Source: Squalus acanthias (taxonomy: Eukaryota). From it: a DNA stretch of 64,000 nt. The translations under genes were made by a program, and so were the position numbers. The notes under the pieces are model-generated. The model made no database searches. It was not told the origin of the DNA and saw nothing but the letters and a program-made list of their open reading frames with translations. Positions 63,507 to 64,000 of this stretch are shown here, one piece after another (the stretch's first letter is position 1; every line of letters begins with the position of its first letter). Location: contig CM059432.1 of NCBI GenBank assembly GCA_030390025.1, positions 18,788,001 to 18,852,000 on the forward strand. Reading direction: 5' to 3'.

Positions 63507-64000
63507 CTCCCAACCTGTCCTGGCAGCTGAAGTGAGCCAGGGTCAGGATCGGAGGGTGGGGGGTGTGGTTGGGGGGTGTGGGGGCGGGGGAAAGATCGGG
63601 GTTTGGGAGCGGTGGTGATCAGAGGAAGGGGTCGGGAGCGGCGGCGGGCTTTTGTTTATTGTTAAATGTGGAGCACTCTTGCTCCTCTGGCCTCCACTAT
63701 CCGGCAAGTAAATGTGAAAAACTTACCTTGTAGGCTGCAGGCAAATCGCAAGTCCTGGTTTTACAGGATGCAGCCGGGGTTGGCGCGGGATGCCTCAGGA
63801 CAAACCAATCTTGAAGTGGGGGCCGAAAACAGGCATTTGGCCCTTTAATTGCAGACGCAAAGGCCCTAGGGCCTGCTTCAGGTGTGGGTAAAGGACGCCT
63901 ACTTTTTTTCTTTTGCCAATATGGTGGGCGGCGCACTGCCGGCCGCAAATGTGCATGTGCATCCTGCCCGCCATTTTGTGGGCATAGTAGCGTCCGAAAA

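Overview
Eukaryotic, repeat-saturated intronic or intergenic DNA, most likely from a cartilaginous fish (shark). This is inferred from the repeat set: HER1/CR1-type LINEs, an HE1 V-SINE and SacSINE1/DeuSINE-like SINEs. I could not identify a host protein-coding gene; nearly all long ORFs are transposon-derived. The window holds about 20 CR1 LINE fragments (one with a nearly intact APE+RT ORF2), an L2 3' end, two RTE LINEs (one flanked by an 82-bp duplication) and three SINE families. It also holds a complete but decayed two-gene PIF/Harbinger transposon (spliced Myb/SANT gene plus HARBI1-like transposase, TIRs, TTA TSD) with many deletion derivatives and MITEs. At least five Penelope-like (PLE) insertions from two families are present. 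The PLE pseudo-LTRs carry minimal type-I hammerhead ribozyme motifs with a compensatory stem change between copies. These include an 86-bp insertion that is little more than the ribozyme, and a 340-bp inverted repeat with no mismatch seen that encloses a GIY-YIG C-terminus. All calls were made by eye; boundaries lacking a TSD are approximate.
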